A stretch of DNA of 64,000 nucleotides from an uncultured Thermoplasmata archaeon (GTDB lineage: Archaea > Thermoplasmatota > Thermoplasmata > UBA10834): assembly GCA_963719945.1 (NCBI GenBank), contig CAVRDX010000002.1, positions 48,529 through 112,528 on the forward strand. The letters run 5' to 3'. Of the stretch, positions 1-9,202 are shown one piece after another. The position numbers and the translations under genes are program-made. The notes under the pieces were generated by a model. That model was not told where the DNA came from, ran no database searches, and worked only from the letters and a program-made list of their open reading frames with translations. Numbering within the stretch: position 1 is the stretch's first letter; the number at the start of each line of letters is the position of its first letter.

Positions 1-1307
1 CGAACCATCCCACGAGGAAAGGAGTCATCACATTCCCGAGATCCATGGTCGAGGACGCCATTAGCAAGGTCACTCATCGCAACATGTATCCTGCTCGAGA
101 CAAGAGATGGGACATCGAGTTCGATGGCGAGCACATGTTCCCGTACGCAGGCGGAGGAGACCCGAAGATAATAGATCTGGGGACAGGCCAAGTGAGACAC
201 TCGACCTATAACGATATCGAGATGGCAGCCAAACTCGGCGACTCACTCGAGAACAACAACTTCGCATCCAGCCTGGTGATGGCGAATGATGTCCCGCCTG
301 AGCTGCTGGTCCTGAAGACCGTCGAGGCAGCTATGAAGAACACGGGAAAGGCGGTCACTGCATATGCCCCCGACAAGGAAACGGTCGATTACCTTGTGAA
401 GATGTGGGCATGCGTATCTGGAGGAACCGAGGAGCTCCGGAAGAGACCTCTGTTCAGCCTCGGCGGGTCCCCGAGCAGCCCGCTCACATACTCGGAGCAC
501 ACCTGCGATGTGTTGCTTCGAAGCGTCGAGCACGGTATCCCGTTCTCCGCCCTTCCCTGCCCTATCTGCGGGGAGACGGGACCTATGACTCTGGGCGGCG
601 CATTGGCGCAGCAGAATGCTGAACAACTAGGTGGCATCATGCTCATGCAGACGGTGACCACGAGCCTGCCCACATACTACTCCGGAAGGGTATGCGTCAT
701 GGATCCTCGTTCAGGAAGGGACCTTTGGGGGGTCCCTGAAGAAGCACTCTTGTCTGCGGCCATAGTACAAATCGCTCGCAGGTACGGGATGGTGGCAGAC
801 ACCAACGGTATGTCATCCGACATCACCAGATGGGACATGCAGATGGGGTTCGAACAGATGATGACCGGTCTGATACCGGCCCTGGCAGGTGCGGACAGCA
901 TATCCGGCCTCGGCAGCGGGTGGGCGAGTGCCAGCAGTCTCGAGATGATGGTCATAAACAACGAGGTCTTCAACGATATCGCGAGGATACTCAACGGCAT
1001 CCGTATCGACGAAGGGAGCCTTGCGATAGACCTGATAGATAAGGTTGGAACCATGGGCAGCTTCCTGGCAGAACCTCACACCATGGAGAGCATCCGCGAT
1101 GGAGAAGTACGCATCTCGTCGCTCTGGGACAAACGGAGTTCAGATAAAGTCACCAAGGAAGGCTTCAAGCCGATCCAGGAAACTGCAAGAGACGTTGTGC
1201 GGAGACGACTCGAGGACCACGAACCGGAGCCATTGGATAGGGATGTGGTGAACGGGATAGATCAAGTCATCAAAGAAGCTGCCAGAACATTTCTAGGGAG
1301 ATCGTAG
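1..1307 (+). CDS. Trimethylamine methyltransferase (MttB/PF06253) family protein, non-pyrrolysine, 5'-truncated by window edge
   Basis: Frame open from window start. Motifs SPSSPL, GETGPMTLGGALAQQNAEQL and SSDITRWDMQMGFEQ..LIPALAGAD; no in-frame TAG. Confidence 0.88.
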   Translation, partial: NHPTRKGVITFPRSMVEDAISKVTHRNMYPARDKRWDIEFDGEHMFPYAGGGDPKIIDLGTGQVRHSTYNDIEMAAKLGDSLENNNFASSLVMANDVPPELLVLKTVEAAMKNTGKAVTAYAPDKETVDYLVKMWACVSGGTEELRKRPLFSLGGSPSSPLTYSEHTCDVLLRSVEHGIPFSALPCPICGETGPMTLGGALAQQNAEQLGGIMLMQTVTTSLPTYYSGRVCVMDPRSGRDLWGVPEEALLSAAIVQIARRYGMVADTNGMSSDITRWDMQMGFEQMMTGLIPALAGADSISGLGSGWASASSLEMMVINNEVFNDIARILNGIRIDEGSLAIDLIDKVGTMGSFLAEPHTMESIRDGEVRISSLWDKRSSDKVTKEGFKPIQETARDVVRRRLEDHEPEPLDRDVVNGIDQVIKEAARTFLGRS

Positions 1308-1407
1308 ACCGTCCATTCGATTGCATTAACGAACGCCTTCCCAATCCATGAAGGATGGGCAAACCAGTATGATATTGCTCATCGTGATGCACTGGGCTTC
1401 CCTCGGC

Positions 1408-1417
1408 AAGGTTATAA
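1408..1417 (+). promoter_or_regulatory. Probable TATA box of the Zn-ribbon/DUF2207/rSAM operon
   Basis: AAGGTTATAA about 40 nt upstream of ATG 1454. Confidence 0.45.
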
Positions 1418-1453
1418 GTGGCCAAAGTGAAATCATCCTCGTCAGGGTCTGGA

Positions 1454-1822
1454 ATGAACAAGCTAGTGGGGGCTTTGGTGACATTCGCCGGGATATGCCT
1501 GGTGATCCTCGGCGCTATTTTCATCATAGCGTGGAGCGTCGAGAATGCGATCGCTGGAGGCATGATGGTACTGATAGGCGTGGGCCTCATGTACTACATG
1601 TACAGGGTCGAGAAGATCGAGGCCGCAAAACCTCAACTCGTGTCTCAGACATTCAATGTCAAGATGTCTGGTTCAGGCGAGATGGCCCCGAAGGACATGA
1701 TATGCAAATCATGTGGCGCGCCGATCACCGAGAAGAACTTGAAGGTCATCCAGGGCGGACTCATGGCCACATGCCCGTACTGTGGCGCCGTGTTCGCGCT
1801 GCAGGAAGCTCCGAAGTGGTGA
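1454..1822 (+). CDS. Two-TM membrane protein with C-terminal zinc ribbon
   Basis: Two hydrophobic helices, then CKSCG...CPYCG. ATG 1454 preferred over GTG 1418 from TATA position. Confidence 0.8.
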   Translation: MNKLVGALVTFAGICLVILGAIFIIAWSVENAIAGGMMVLIGVGLMYYMYRVEKIEAAKPQLVSQTFNVKMSGSGEMAPKDMICKSCGAPITEKNLKVIQGGLMATCPYCGAVFALQEAPKW

Positions 1823-1838
1823 TATCATCATATCTACC

Positions 1839-3506
1839 ATGATCCGTCCCGCACTGATGTCATGTTCCATCGTCATGATACTCGTCCTTGCCATAGGCAT
1901 AAGCGCTTGTCCGTTCTCCAATTCGGCCGATGCAGCGGCGACATACAGCTTCAGTGTCGAGTATGAGCGCTTGGATGTCTTCGTGCTCAAGGACGGGAGT
2001 ATCGACATAGACTACTCATTCGGAATGACGAACTTCGGATATCTTGATGGAGTCGACATAGGCCTGCCCAACAAGTACTATGACCTAGACTCGGCCGAAG
2101 CCACGATCATTGTGAACGATCAGGAGTACGCTCCCGCTCTGATACACAAATCACCTTACGTGGAAATCGGAGTGGCCGTCGAGTTCACGAGCACAGTGAT
2201 GGCGTTGATCGACACATATGGCACATCATTCCAGCTGGATTTCCATATCAACAACCCGCATATGGTGTACGAGAACGAGCTCGTGGAAGGCACTGTCGGC
2301 ATAGCAATGAGACCGACCTGGTTCGGCGACGCGTATCAGGTGGGTCCGACCGAGGAGCTCACTGCGAGGGTGTTCTTCCCCGATGGATTCGTGAACGTCA
2401 CCGATGCCGTCTACCTCGAAGGGCAACCATGGAACGAGATAGGGATCGACCCCGGGACAGGGCTATTGGTCGCCACATGGACCGCGTCGAATGCCTATCC
2501 CGCGGGCATCGCGTCTGGCGAATTCGATTTCGGCGCGGGGTTCCCTGCAGAGTTCGTGGACAGTTATGTGCGCCATACGGTCTGGAACTCGATCGCGGAC
2601 TTCTTCGCCTCACTCTTGGAACTGGTCTGCCTCTGCATACCCATCATAGCCCTTGGGGGATTCATATTCCTCATATACATGATTGACAGGGCCAGCAAGG
2701 CCGCGAAGAGGAAGGATTACTTCAATCCGGCCATGGGAGTCGTCGGCTCGGGCCCACGGAGGGACCTCACCGCAGTAGAAGCTGCAATCGTACTCGAGAG
2801 ACCTCTCGAGATGGTGGCGACCATGATACTCTTCGGATTGGTGAAGAAGGGTATGGTGAGGATAGACTCGGATCAGAGACCGATGAAGCTGACGAAACTA
2901 GGAGCCGAGGGGGAACACACCTACGAGACCGACTACCTCAGGGGGATCGGTCCCGATGGTCAGCTGGATCGCACACAGCTGGAGGTGACCCTTGTCGACC
3001 TGATAAAGAGGACCGAGACGAAGCTCGATGGCTTCAACTATAGACACACCAAGAATTACTATCAGGAGATATGCTCCGCCGCGTGGAAACAGGTCAAGGA
3101 TGCTGGAACCCCCGAGGAGTTCGCATCGGTCCTTTCCGACAAGCACGAGTGGATGATGCTCGACAATCACTACGAGACGCAGATGCGACACTATTTCTTC
3201 GCCATGCCATACGTCTACGTGCCCATGACGCACTCCGTTTACGAACACACTATGCCGACAGCACAAGTGTCTCCCCAGCAGCTTGCATCCAACTACGCTA
3301 CGAGCGTCAAGAACGCGAGCAACAACGTTGTCTCGAATTTCAAGTCTCTGGCATATGATATAGCTGGAAAGACGAACCCCGTGACGACGTCCACGGGTTC
3401 GGGTTCTGGTTCGTACCTCAAAGGTGGCGGCGGATTCGGTGGATTCGGAGGAGGATGCGCGTGTGCATGTGCATGCGCATGTGCCTGCGCTGGGGGTGGA
3501 AGATGA
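1839..3506 (+). CDS. DUF2207-like membrane protein with Gly-rich linker and C-terminal (Cys-Ala)6-GGGR tail
   Basis: Signal peptide, DUF2207-like N-terminus (ERLDVFVLKDGSIDIDYSF), one TM helix, cytoplasmic domain (LTAVEAAIVL..LVKKG), tail GGGGFGGFGGGCACACACACACAGGGR. Confidence 0.8.
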   Translation: MIRPALMSCSIVMILVLAIGISACPFSNSADAAATYSFSVEYERLDVFVLKDGSIDIDYSFGMTNFGYLDGVDIGLPNKYYDLDSAEATIIVNDQEYAPALIHKSPYVEIGVAVEFTSTVMALIDTYGTSFQLDFHINNPHMVYENELVEGTVGIAMRPTWFGDAYQVGPTEELTARVFFPDGFVNVTDAVYLEGQPWNEIGIDPGTGLLVATWTASNAYPAGIASGEFDFGAGFPAEFVDSYVRHTVWNSIADFFASLLELVCLCIPIIALGGFIFLIYMIDRASKAAKRKDYFNPAMGVVGSGPRRDLTAVEAAIVLERPLEMVATMILFGLVKKGMVRIDSDQRPMKLTKLGAEGEHTYETDYLRGIGPDGQLDRTQLEVTLVDLIKRTETKLDGFNYRHTKNYYQEICSAAWKQVKDAGTPEEFASVLSDKHEWMMLDNHYETQMRHYFFAMPYVYVPMTHSVYEHTMPTAQVSPQQLASNYATSVKNASNNVVSNFKSLAYDIAGKTNPVTTSTGSGSGSYLKGGGGFGGFGGGCACACACACACAGGGR

Positions 3507-4855
3507 TGCCATTCAGACTCCTTGCCTATTCACCTGAAGAACTAGGCCTCAAGCCCGGCACGTACAAGTACGACGGACCTGGCGACCTCGCTCGTCACCG
3601 ATTCCATATCAGGGTGGACAGTCAGACGAAGGGCGTGCTGATGGTGGACGCGTCGAAGCTGATCTTCCTGAACGGTACTGCTCTCGACTACGTGAGATGC
3701 ATACTCGAGGGGAAGGACGCGGACCGAACATATGCCTACATGAAACGTAGATACAAGGGTCTCAAGAAGGCCGCCGCCAGGGAAGACTATAGGTCCACCA
3801 GGGAGAGGCTTACTCGATTCGTCAAGGGCGAAGAGTCAGTCATGGACGTCATGGGACCCAACGCACCCGCAATCGGTGCGGATGAGATGCCATCGCCATA
3901 CAGGATGGACCTTGCGCTCACATACCGATGCCAGAACGACTGCGGACACTGCTACAACGCAACCAAGGAGAAGAAGGAGCTTTCGGTGAAGGAGTGGATC
4001 ACCATCATAGACAAGCTCTGGGACGCAGGCATACCGCACATAGTATTCACCGGGGGAGAGCCGACCCTGTACGACGGCCTAGATGAGCTGATAGCTCATT
4101 CTGAACTCCACGGACAGATCACAGGACTCATCTCGAACGGCCGGAGCCTCGGAAAGCCGGGCTACCTGAGTTCTCTCGTGTCCAAGGGGTTGGACCATGT
4201 CCAGATCACGGTGCTCTCGCACGAGCGAGAGACACACGATCGATTGGCAGGTGCCAAGGGCGCGTGGCAGGAGACGATCGCGGGATTGAAGGCTGCGATC
4301 GCCGAGGACATGTATGTCAGCACCAACACGACAATCATGAGATCCAATTACGCGCACGTCAAGGAGACCATGAGGTTCCTCGTCGGCCTCGGTGTGAAGA
4401 ATATCGCGTTCAACAGCATCATACGGTCCGGAAAGGGCGTGCAGGCAGAAGGCGTGACATATCAAGAATTATCATCGCTTCTGGAGGAACTCAGAGGTAT
4501 AGCCTCTGAGACGGGGACGAAACTGATATGGTATTCTCCCACACCGTACTGCGAACTCAATCCGGTGAACATGGGCCTGGGCATCAAGCAATGCACCGCC
4601 TGTTCACTGAACATGGCGGTCGAGCCCGACGGGACTGTGCTACCATGCCAGAGCTATTACGAACCTCTCGGGGACATGCTCAAGGATGATTGGTCCACCA
4701 TATGGGGACATCCGCAATGCGAGCGCATCAGGAAGAGGGAGTATGTCGACGAGAAGTGCGGGAAGTGCGAGATGCTTCAGCTGTGCGGAGGCGGATGCCC
4801 GCTTTCTGCGGCTCACGGAGACTATGTGTGCCAGGACAGATACTCATCTATGTGA
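3503..4855 (+). CDS. Radical SAM/SPASM-domain protein with PqqD/RRE-like N-terminal domain
   Basis: CQNDCGHC (CxxxCxxC, 3929-3952), FTGGEP, SPASM motifs CTAC..DGTVLPC and CGKCEMLQLCGGGCP..YVC. ATGA overlap with upstream stop. Confidence 0.93.
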   Translation: MMPFRLLAYSPEELGLKPGTYKYDGPGDLARHRFHIRVDSQTKGVLMVDASKLIFLNGTALDYVRCILEGKDADRTYAYMKRRYKGLKKAAAREDYRSTRERLTRFVKGEESVMDVMGPNAPAIGADEMPSPYRMDLALTYRCQNDCGHCYNATKEKKELSVKEWITIIDKLWDAGIPHIVFTGGEPTLYDGLDELIAHSELHGQITGLISNGRSLGKPGYLSSLVSKGLDHVQITVLSHERETHDRLAGAKGAWQETIAGLKAAIAEDMYVSTNTTIMRSNYAHVKETMRFLVGLGVKNIAFNSIIRSGKGVQAEGVTYQELSSLLEELRGIASETGTKLIWYSPTPYCELNPVNMGLGIKQCTACSLNMAVEPDGTVLPCQSYYEPLGDMLKDDWSTIWGHPQCERIRKREYVDEKCGKCEMLQLCGGGCPLSAAHGDYVCQDRYSSM

Positions 4856-5605
4856 GTCGGGTTTCTTGGCGAACGCATGGAACACGGGGTTGAACTGGAA
4901 CAAAGAGCCATCTTTTAGCGCGCGTTCCCAGATGGGCCGCAGCTCTGCAAGCCGTTCCTTGCCCTCAACGTTCTGAGCAGTCAGTTCCAGGTACCTCCAT
5001 TCGGCCTCTGACTCTGCCCTCAGCTTGTCGATCCCCCATACACCTGGATGTACTCCGACCTCTGCTTCGAGGTGGCACGCTTCGAAGATGGCCCTCAACT
5101 TCCGACCGATCAGAGGATCGCCTCCTTCGGCCCTTATGCCGTCTTCAGCTATCCTGCCAAGTGGGGAGAGCTCCTGAGGGAAGTCGATCCGAGCGCCAAG
5201 GTCCGGCTCCGCAAGACACACGACCCAATGCCTGGAAATGCGAACCATCTCCGACAGAACCCTCACGGGATCGTCGACCCACAGCATAACGAAAGAGCAA
5301 TAGGCCATATCGAAGGAGTCATCCTTGAAAGGCAGCGAGTGCGCATCCCCTTCTCTCACCTCTAGACCCCTGCGTCTGCCCTCGGCAACGGCTGCTGGGT
5401 CGATGTCTATTCCCTGCACATCGAACATCGGAGCTAGCAATTCCATTACGAATCCTGGCCCGCATCCGACATCCAGAGCGGTCGGTCGCCTTTGCCCATT
5501 CCAATTGCTCAGCACCCGCTGCTCAAGTAGCCAGGTCCATGAATCCCTGAGCCAGAGTGATTGCCTCGAGAGCTGTCTATCCATATCCTTCGCAGACCAG
5601 GGCAT
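4844..5605 (-). CDS. Class I SAM-dependent methyltransferase
   Basis: ALDVGCGPG, GIDID, GDAHSLPFKDDSFD motifs. Start approximate. Confidence 0.88.
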   Translation of the reverse strand: MPWSAKDMDRQLSRQSLWLRDSWTWLLEQRVLSNWNGQRRPTALDVGCGPGFVMELLAPMFDVQGIDIDPAAVAEGRRRGLEVREGDAHSLPFKDDSFDMAYCSFVMLWVDDPVRVLSEMVRISRHWVVCLAEPDLGARIDFPQELSPLGRIAEDGIRAEGGDPLIGRKLRAIFEACHLEAEVGVHPGVWGIDKLRAESEAEWRYLELTAQNVEGKERLAELRPIWERALKDGSLFQFNPVFHAFAKKPDSHR

Positions 5606-5763
5606 CGAACATGAAGAGGCGTCCATGAGAGAAATCCTTTGTGGCAATCCTGGCCTATCGAACCGGTCCATCTTATGATGGGAGACATCCATCTTGGTAG
5701 ATGCAGAAGACCTGTCCGTGACAAAATCCATAACGATGGATAGGCATGCGAAAGCTGAGAGGA

Positions 5764-5967
5764 ATGACGATGAAGTGCAATAACTGCGGCTCAGAGAACC
5801 CTGAGGACCATAAATTCTGCGGCGACTGCGGCAAAGAACTGCCGGTAGCCTCTGTGGCCGATGATGATAATTCTATGAGAAAATGTAGTTCTTGTGGCCG
5901 CACTCTGACCGAGGAGACCAATGTCTGCCCATACTGCGGACGATGGGTGAAACGGTCCATGTTCTAG
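5764..5967 (+). CDS. Small double zinc-ribbon protein
   Basis: CNNCG..FCGDCG and CSSCG..CPYCG. Confidence 0.8.
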   Translation: MTMKCNNCGSENPEDHKFCGDCGKELPVASVADDDNSMRKCSSCGRTLTEETNVCPYCGRWVKRSMF

Positions 5968-6178
5968 ATGTCACCCTGGATGAAGGTGTGGGATAGAGCC
6001 GCGTAGGGAAAATATCCTCTTTTGGACGATATCGTGAACTGTATGATCGATTCCGGCATGCAGTTAGGACAACCGGACTCGATGTCGGAATGCTTCACGA
6101 ATAACATCTATGCTTGAACTTGGACTTACGTGGTCACTTAGCCGATCAATGGCGAGGATGAGCTAGATCGACTCTTCC

Positions 6179-7300
6179 TCAGGCTGCGACCTCGATCGTG
6201 CACGATGATATCCCACCGATCAGATCCTCGTAGTCGTAGGCGGGATAGTCCTTCCAGACATCCAATGATCCCGAGACCAGGCCACTTGCAGTAATATCTA
6301 AACTGTAAGTCCCTTCATTCTTGCAGGCGCAGACTTCCCAAGTGAGCAGGACGGTATCGCCTGCGCTGAATGTCTCGAGGTCTGTCAGGTCAGGTGCCTT
6401 GCACACCTTGAGTCCGGATGATGCCTCCATGACCGCGCTGAAGCTCTCGGCAGGGAATGTCGGGAACTTATCCGATCCGAATGGTGCGAGGCACGGGTAT
6501 GTAATCTCCGCCGTCACCTTGAACTTCTCACCTGGCAGGACGATCGATGGAGCTGTGATGTCTATCTCCCATGGCGTGACGAACACTCCGCCGTACATCA
6601 TGCCCGGAACGTTCCATCTCGTCGTATCGCAAGTCCAAGTATCCAAGAAGTCCGCATATTTCCACTTGATCGGCTCGAACTCAGAGTCCCATGCATTCGG
6701 GTTCGCGCTCTGCGAGGTCGAGCCCTGATAATCGTGGTCGTTCTTGAACTCCCTCGACCAGCCGTCATTGATCAGCAGGACCCCTTCGGAGTCATCGTAG
6801 CCCACGACGACACGGTAGTGGTCCCCTGAGTACCATTCTGGAAGCCAATATACGAGCACGATCACGGGATACCCTTGGTCGAGTATCTCCTTCATCTCAT
6901 TCAGCCAGGGCTCATCGGATGCATAGTAGAATCCCGCGTATCCCATGTCCCTGGCGGTATAGCCAGTTACGACAGAGTTCGGCCATCTCGCGCCCATGGT
7001 CGGGCTCATCGAGCTGAACTGAGCCGCTCGTGCCATATCCGGAAGTGCAGTACCTCCGCTCCTAGCCGCATTGTATATCTCTCTCTGATCCACGAACTCG
7101 CCGTAGTAGTCAAACACCATCTGCAACGATACTGCGCCGCAGCCCTTCGCGTCTATCTGTTGATAGAGCGGGACACCGTCGATGAATGCGCTCCCAGACA
7201 GGGCTTGAGTTCCTGAGACGGGAAGCACCATCATAGCCACGATGCAGACACACACGCTCGAGATAAGAAATCGTATACGCCCAACCAGACTCGTCCTCAT
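6179..7300 (-). CDS. Secreted C39-like (papain-fold) cysteine peptidase with C-terminal beta-rich domain
   Basis: Signal peptide, VPLYQQ..GCGAVSLQMV..YYG (Cys), GDHYRVVVGYD (His), IND. Confidence 0.82.
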   Translation of the reverse strand: MRTSLVGRIRFLISSVCVCIVAMMVLPVSGTQALSGSAFIDGVPLYQQIDAKGCGAVSLQMVFDYYGEFVDQREIYNAARSGGTALPDMARAAQFSSMSPTMGARWPNSVVTGYTARDMGYAGFYYASDEPWLNEMKEILDQGYPVIVLVYWLPEWYSGDHYRVVVGYDDSEGVLLINDGWSREFKNDHDYQGSTSQSANPNAWDSEFEPIKWKYADFLDTWTCDTTRWNVPGMMYGGVFVTPWEIDITAPSIVLPGEKFKVTAEITYPCLAPFGSDKFPTFPAESFSAVMEASSGLKVCKAPDLTDLETFSAGDTVLLTWEVCACKNEGTYSLDITASGLVSGSLDVWKDYPAYDYEDLIGGISSCTIEVAA

Positions 7301-7544
7301 GCCTTCTCTCCCCCACTGAGCCGGACCCAAGGAATGCCGCTCAGCTTGGGGAGAATCAGACTATCGATTAATAACAGATTTGATACAGCGATAGAAATGT
7401 CGGCTTGAACGAACTGGAGACTTTTCCAGGGCCATGATTATTCGATTGATACGAACATCGAGAGAAGGCATTAAACCCTTCAAAACGATTCGTACCCAGC
7501 GGCCCTGATTCCAATCAGGGCCGATCGAGAGGAAGTGGGTCAAC

Positions 7545-8291
7545 ATGGGGAATGAGAAAAGCGTAGCGTCTATCGATATTCTGAAAAGGAGAAAGTGCAC
7601 GGCATTCGCAGGCATATGCACCCTGATGATGCTAAGCTGCACAATCGCGGCAATGGCTGCAATGACGCGAGCGGACACGGAGTTTGAGCTCGCAGAAGGA
7701 GAGAACGCAAAACAATGGAGGGCACTGGACGTGTTTGCACTGCCTCCGGCCGATTATTGGGGATGGCATGTGAGGAAACCCGTGGCCTTGGAATCGACAG
7801 GGTTCGAGATCCCGTTCAATGACGTTGCTGGCGGAGAATTCACAGTCTACCTCCGTAACACTTGGGTGGGCGACCTGTCGGGAATGATGATCACTGCTAC
7901 GATATCAATCGAGCAGGATTCGGAGGACAAACCGGTGTTCGTGACTCGCACACTGGAAAAGGAGGCATATGTGAGACTAGGGTTCCAGACGACTTCTGGA
8001 AGCTGGGACACCTTCACCTACTGGTGGTCCTATGCCTGCATCAAGCTCGATGATCTTGTAGGAAACACTCTCACCTTGAGTGTTCCGCTGAATGACGGGG
8101 CGCTCTGGCAATGCATCAATGGAGGCTGGACGGGAAACGCATACCCAGATGAGTTCGCAGCATCCTTGGCAGATGTCCAGGAGATAGGCTTCACCTTCGG
8201 ATGGCTTGGCAGCTGGGCCAGTGGTACTGCACTTGAGCAGGGAGCGGCGACTTTCATCGTGGATAGCTATAGCATCTCGCCAACCGAATAA
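7545..8291 (+). CDS. Secreted hypothetical protein (Trp-rich, beta-rich)
   Basis: 248-aa ORF with N-terminal signal peptide; family not recognised. Confidence 0.7.
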   Translation: MGNEKSVASIDILKRRKCTAFAGICTLMMLSCTIAAMAAMTRADTEFELAEGENAKQWRALDVFALPPADYWGWHVRKPVALESTGFEIPFNDVAGGEFTVYLRNTWVGDLSGMMITATISIEQDSEDKPVFVTRTLEKEAYVRLGFQTTSGSWDTFTYWWSYACIKLDDLVGNTLTLSVPLNDGALWQCINGGWTGNAYPDEFAASLADVQEIGFTFGWLGSWASGTALEQGAATFIVDSYSISPTE

Positions 8292-8472
8292 TCATCCATT
8301 TGAGAGAGCTCTTCATGAAAGAAGCGAACTGCAAGCTCGCATTCAATGGCGAGCTACGATGAGAGCGGTAGCTTTGAATGACCTCGGATAGTCCTCCCCA
8401 TGACGCAGTCAGAAACATATTGATGCGATCAATACGCCTGGAACTCGAGCTGGGACGGCACTGAATCAGCGC

Positions 8473-8964
8473 TCAAGTCGATATGATCACTTCATGCGAC
8501 CTCTTCCCGGTCATCAGGTCGATATCGATGCGGCCGATGTTGACTTTCCTGAGCGAATCATCCGTGATCTGCTCCAGGATGATCTTCTCAGGATCGCGCT
8601 CATTCTTGTGTATCATGGTCATCAGCGCATGACGCTTCTCTTCGAGGTCATCCACAAACGTCACCCTACCTCTGAACTGAGTCGTCTCGTACAGGTGGTC
8701 GCAGCTGCCATCGACGTAGCCGAGGTCCATAAGCGCCTGGCCCCAGACTCTGCCGTCGCGCCTGAGCGCATCGATCTTCCTGCCAGTCTGTGCGCAGTGG
8801 AAGAAGATGGCGTTTCTTTCCTTGTCATACCCATGAGTCAATGTTGCGAGGTATGGCCCGTCCTCATCGCACATGGCCATCGTGATGTACTTGGCCTCGA
8901 GAAGAACCCTGACCAGCTCCCCCTTGTCAGTGACCTCCTTCTCTCTGCGCCTCACGCTTCTCAA
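8473..8964 (-). CDS. Pyridoxamine 5'-phosphate oxidase / NimA-like flavin-binding protein
   Basis: RRREKEVTD..LL..KYITMAM..D..PY..HGYD..IFFHCA..GRK. TTG/GTG start estimated. Confidence 0.85.
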   Translation of the reverse strand: MRSVRRREKEVTDKGELVRVLLEAKYITMAMCDEDGPYLATLTHGYDKERNAIFFHCAQTGRKIDALRRDGRVWGQALMDLGYVDGSCDHLYETTQFRGRVTFVDDLEEKRHALMTMIHKNERDPEKIILEQITDDSLRKVNIGRIDIDLMTGKRSHEVIIST

Positions 8965-9202
8965 GGAACATATCCCCCCTTTGCCAAAGAGAATCGCATT
9001 AGGTTCTAGGTAATCCTTTCCTCGGCTCATCGAGATGGCATGAATATGCCCGCCCAATATCTGACACATGCGCGATTGCATCTGATGACAGATAGAGAAA
9101 CATTAAGGACCTTGCTCGACTTTGGGAGGAACATCAAGGCCAATCGTATTGACTGAGACACATGAACAGATCCCATTCTGTCAACTGCTGAGAGTGAATC
9201 TA

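Noticed and set aside
1305-1307. TAG ending the MttB homolog as possible pyrrolysine read-through
   Set aside because: It lies at the normal C-terminus of the family, not at the Pyl position, and no pyl genes are visible.
3455-3484. 30-nt perfect purine/pyrimidine alternation (Z-DNA or microsatellite-like) and the ORF-track N-terminus MRVCMCMRMC for the rSAM
   Set aside because: Both are by-products of the Cys-Ala codons; the rSAM most plausibly starts at ATG 3503/3506.
8292-8472. Small hairpins (AGCTCGC/GCGAGCT) between convergent genes
   Set aside because: Short; compatible with chance or simple terminators.
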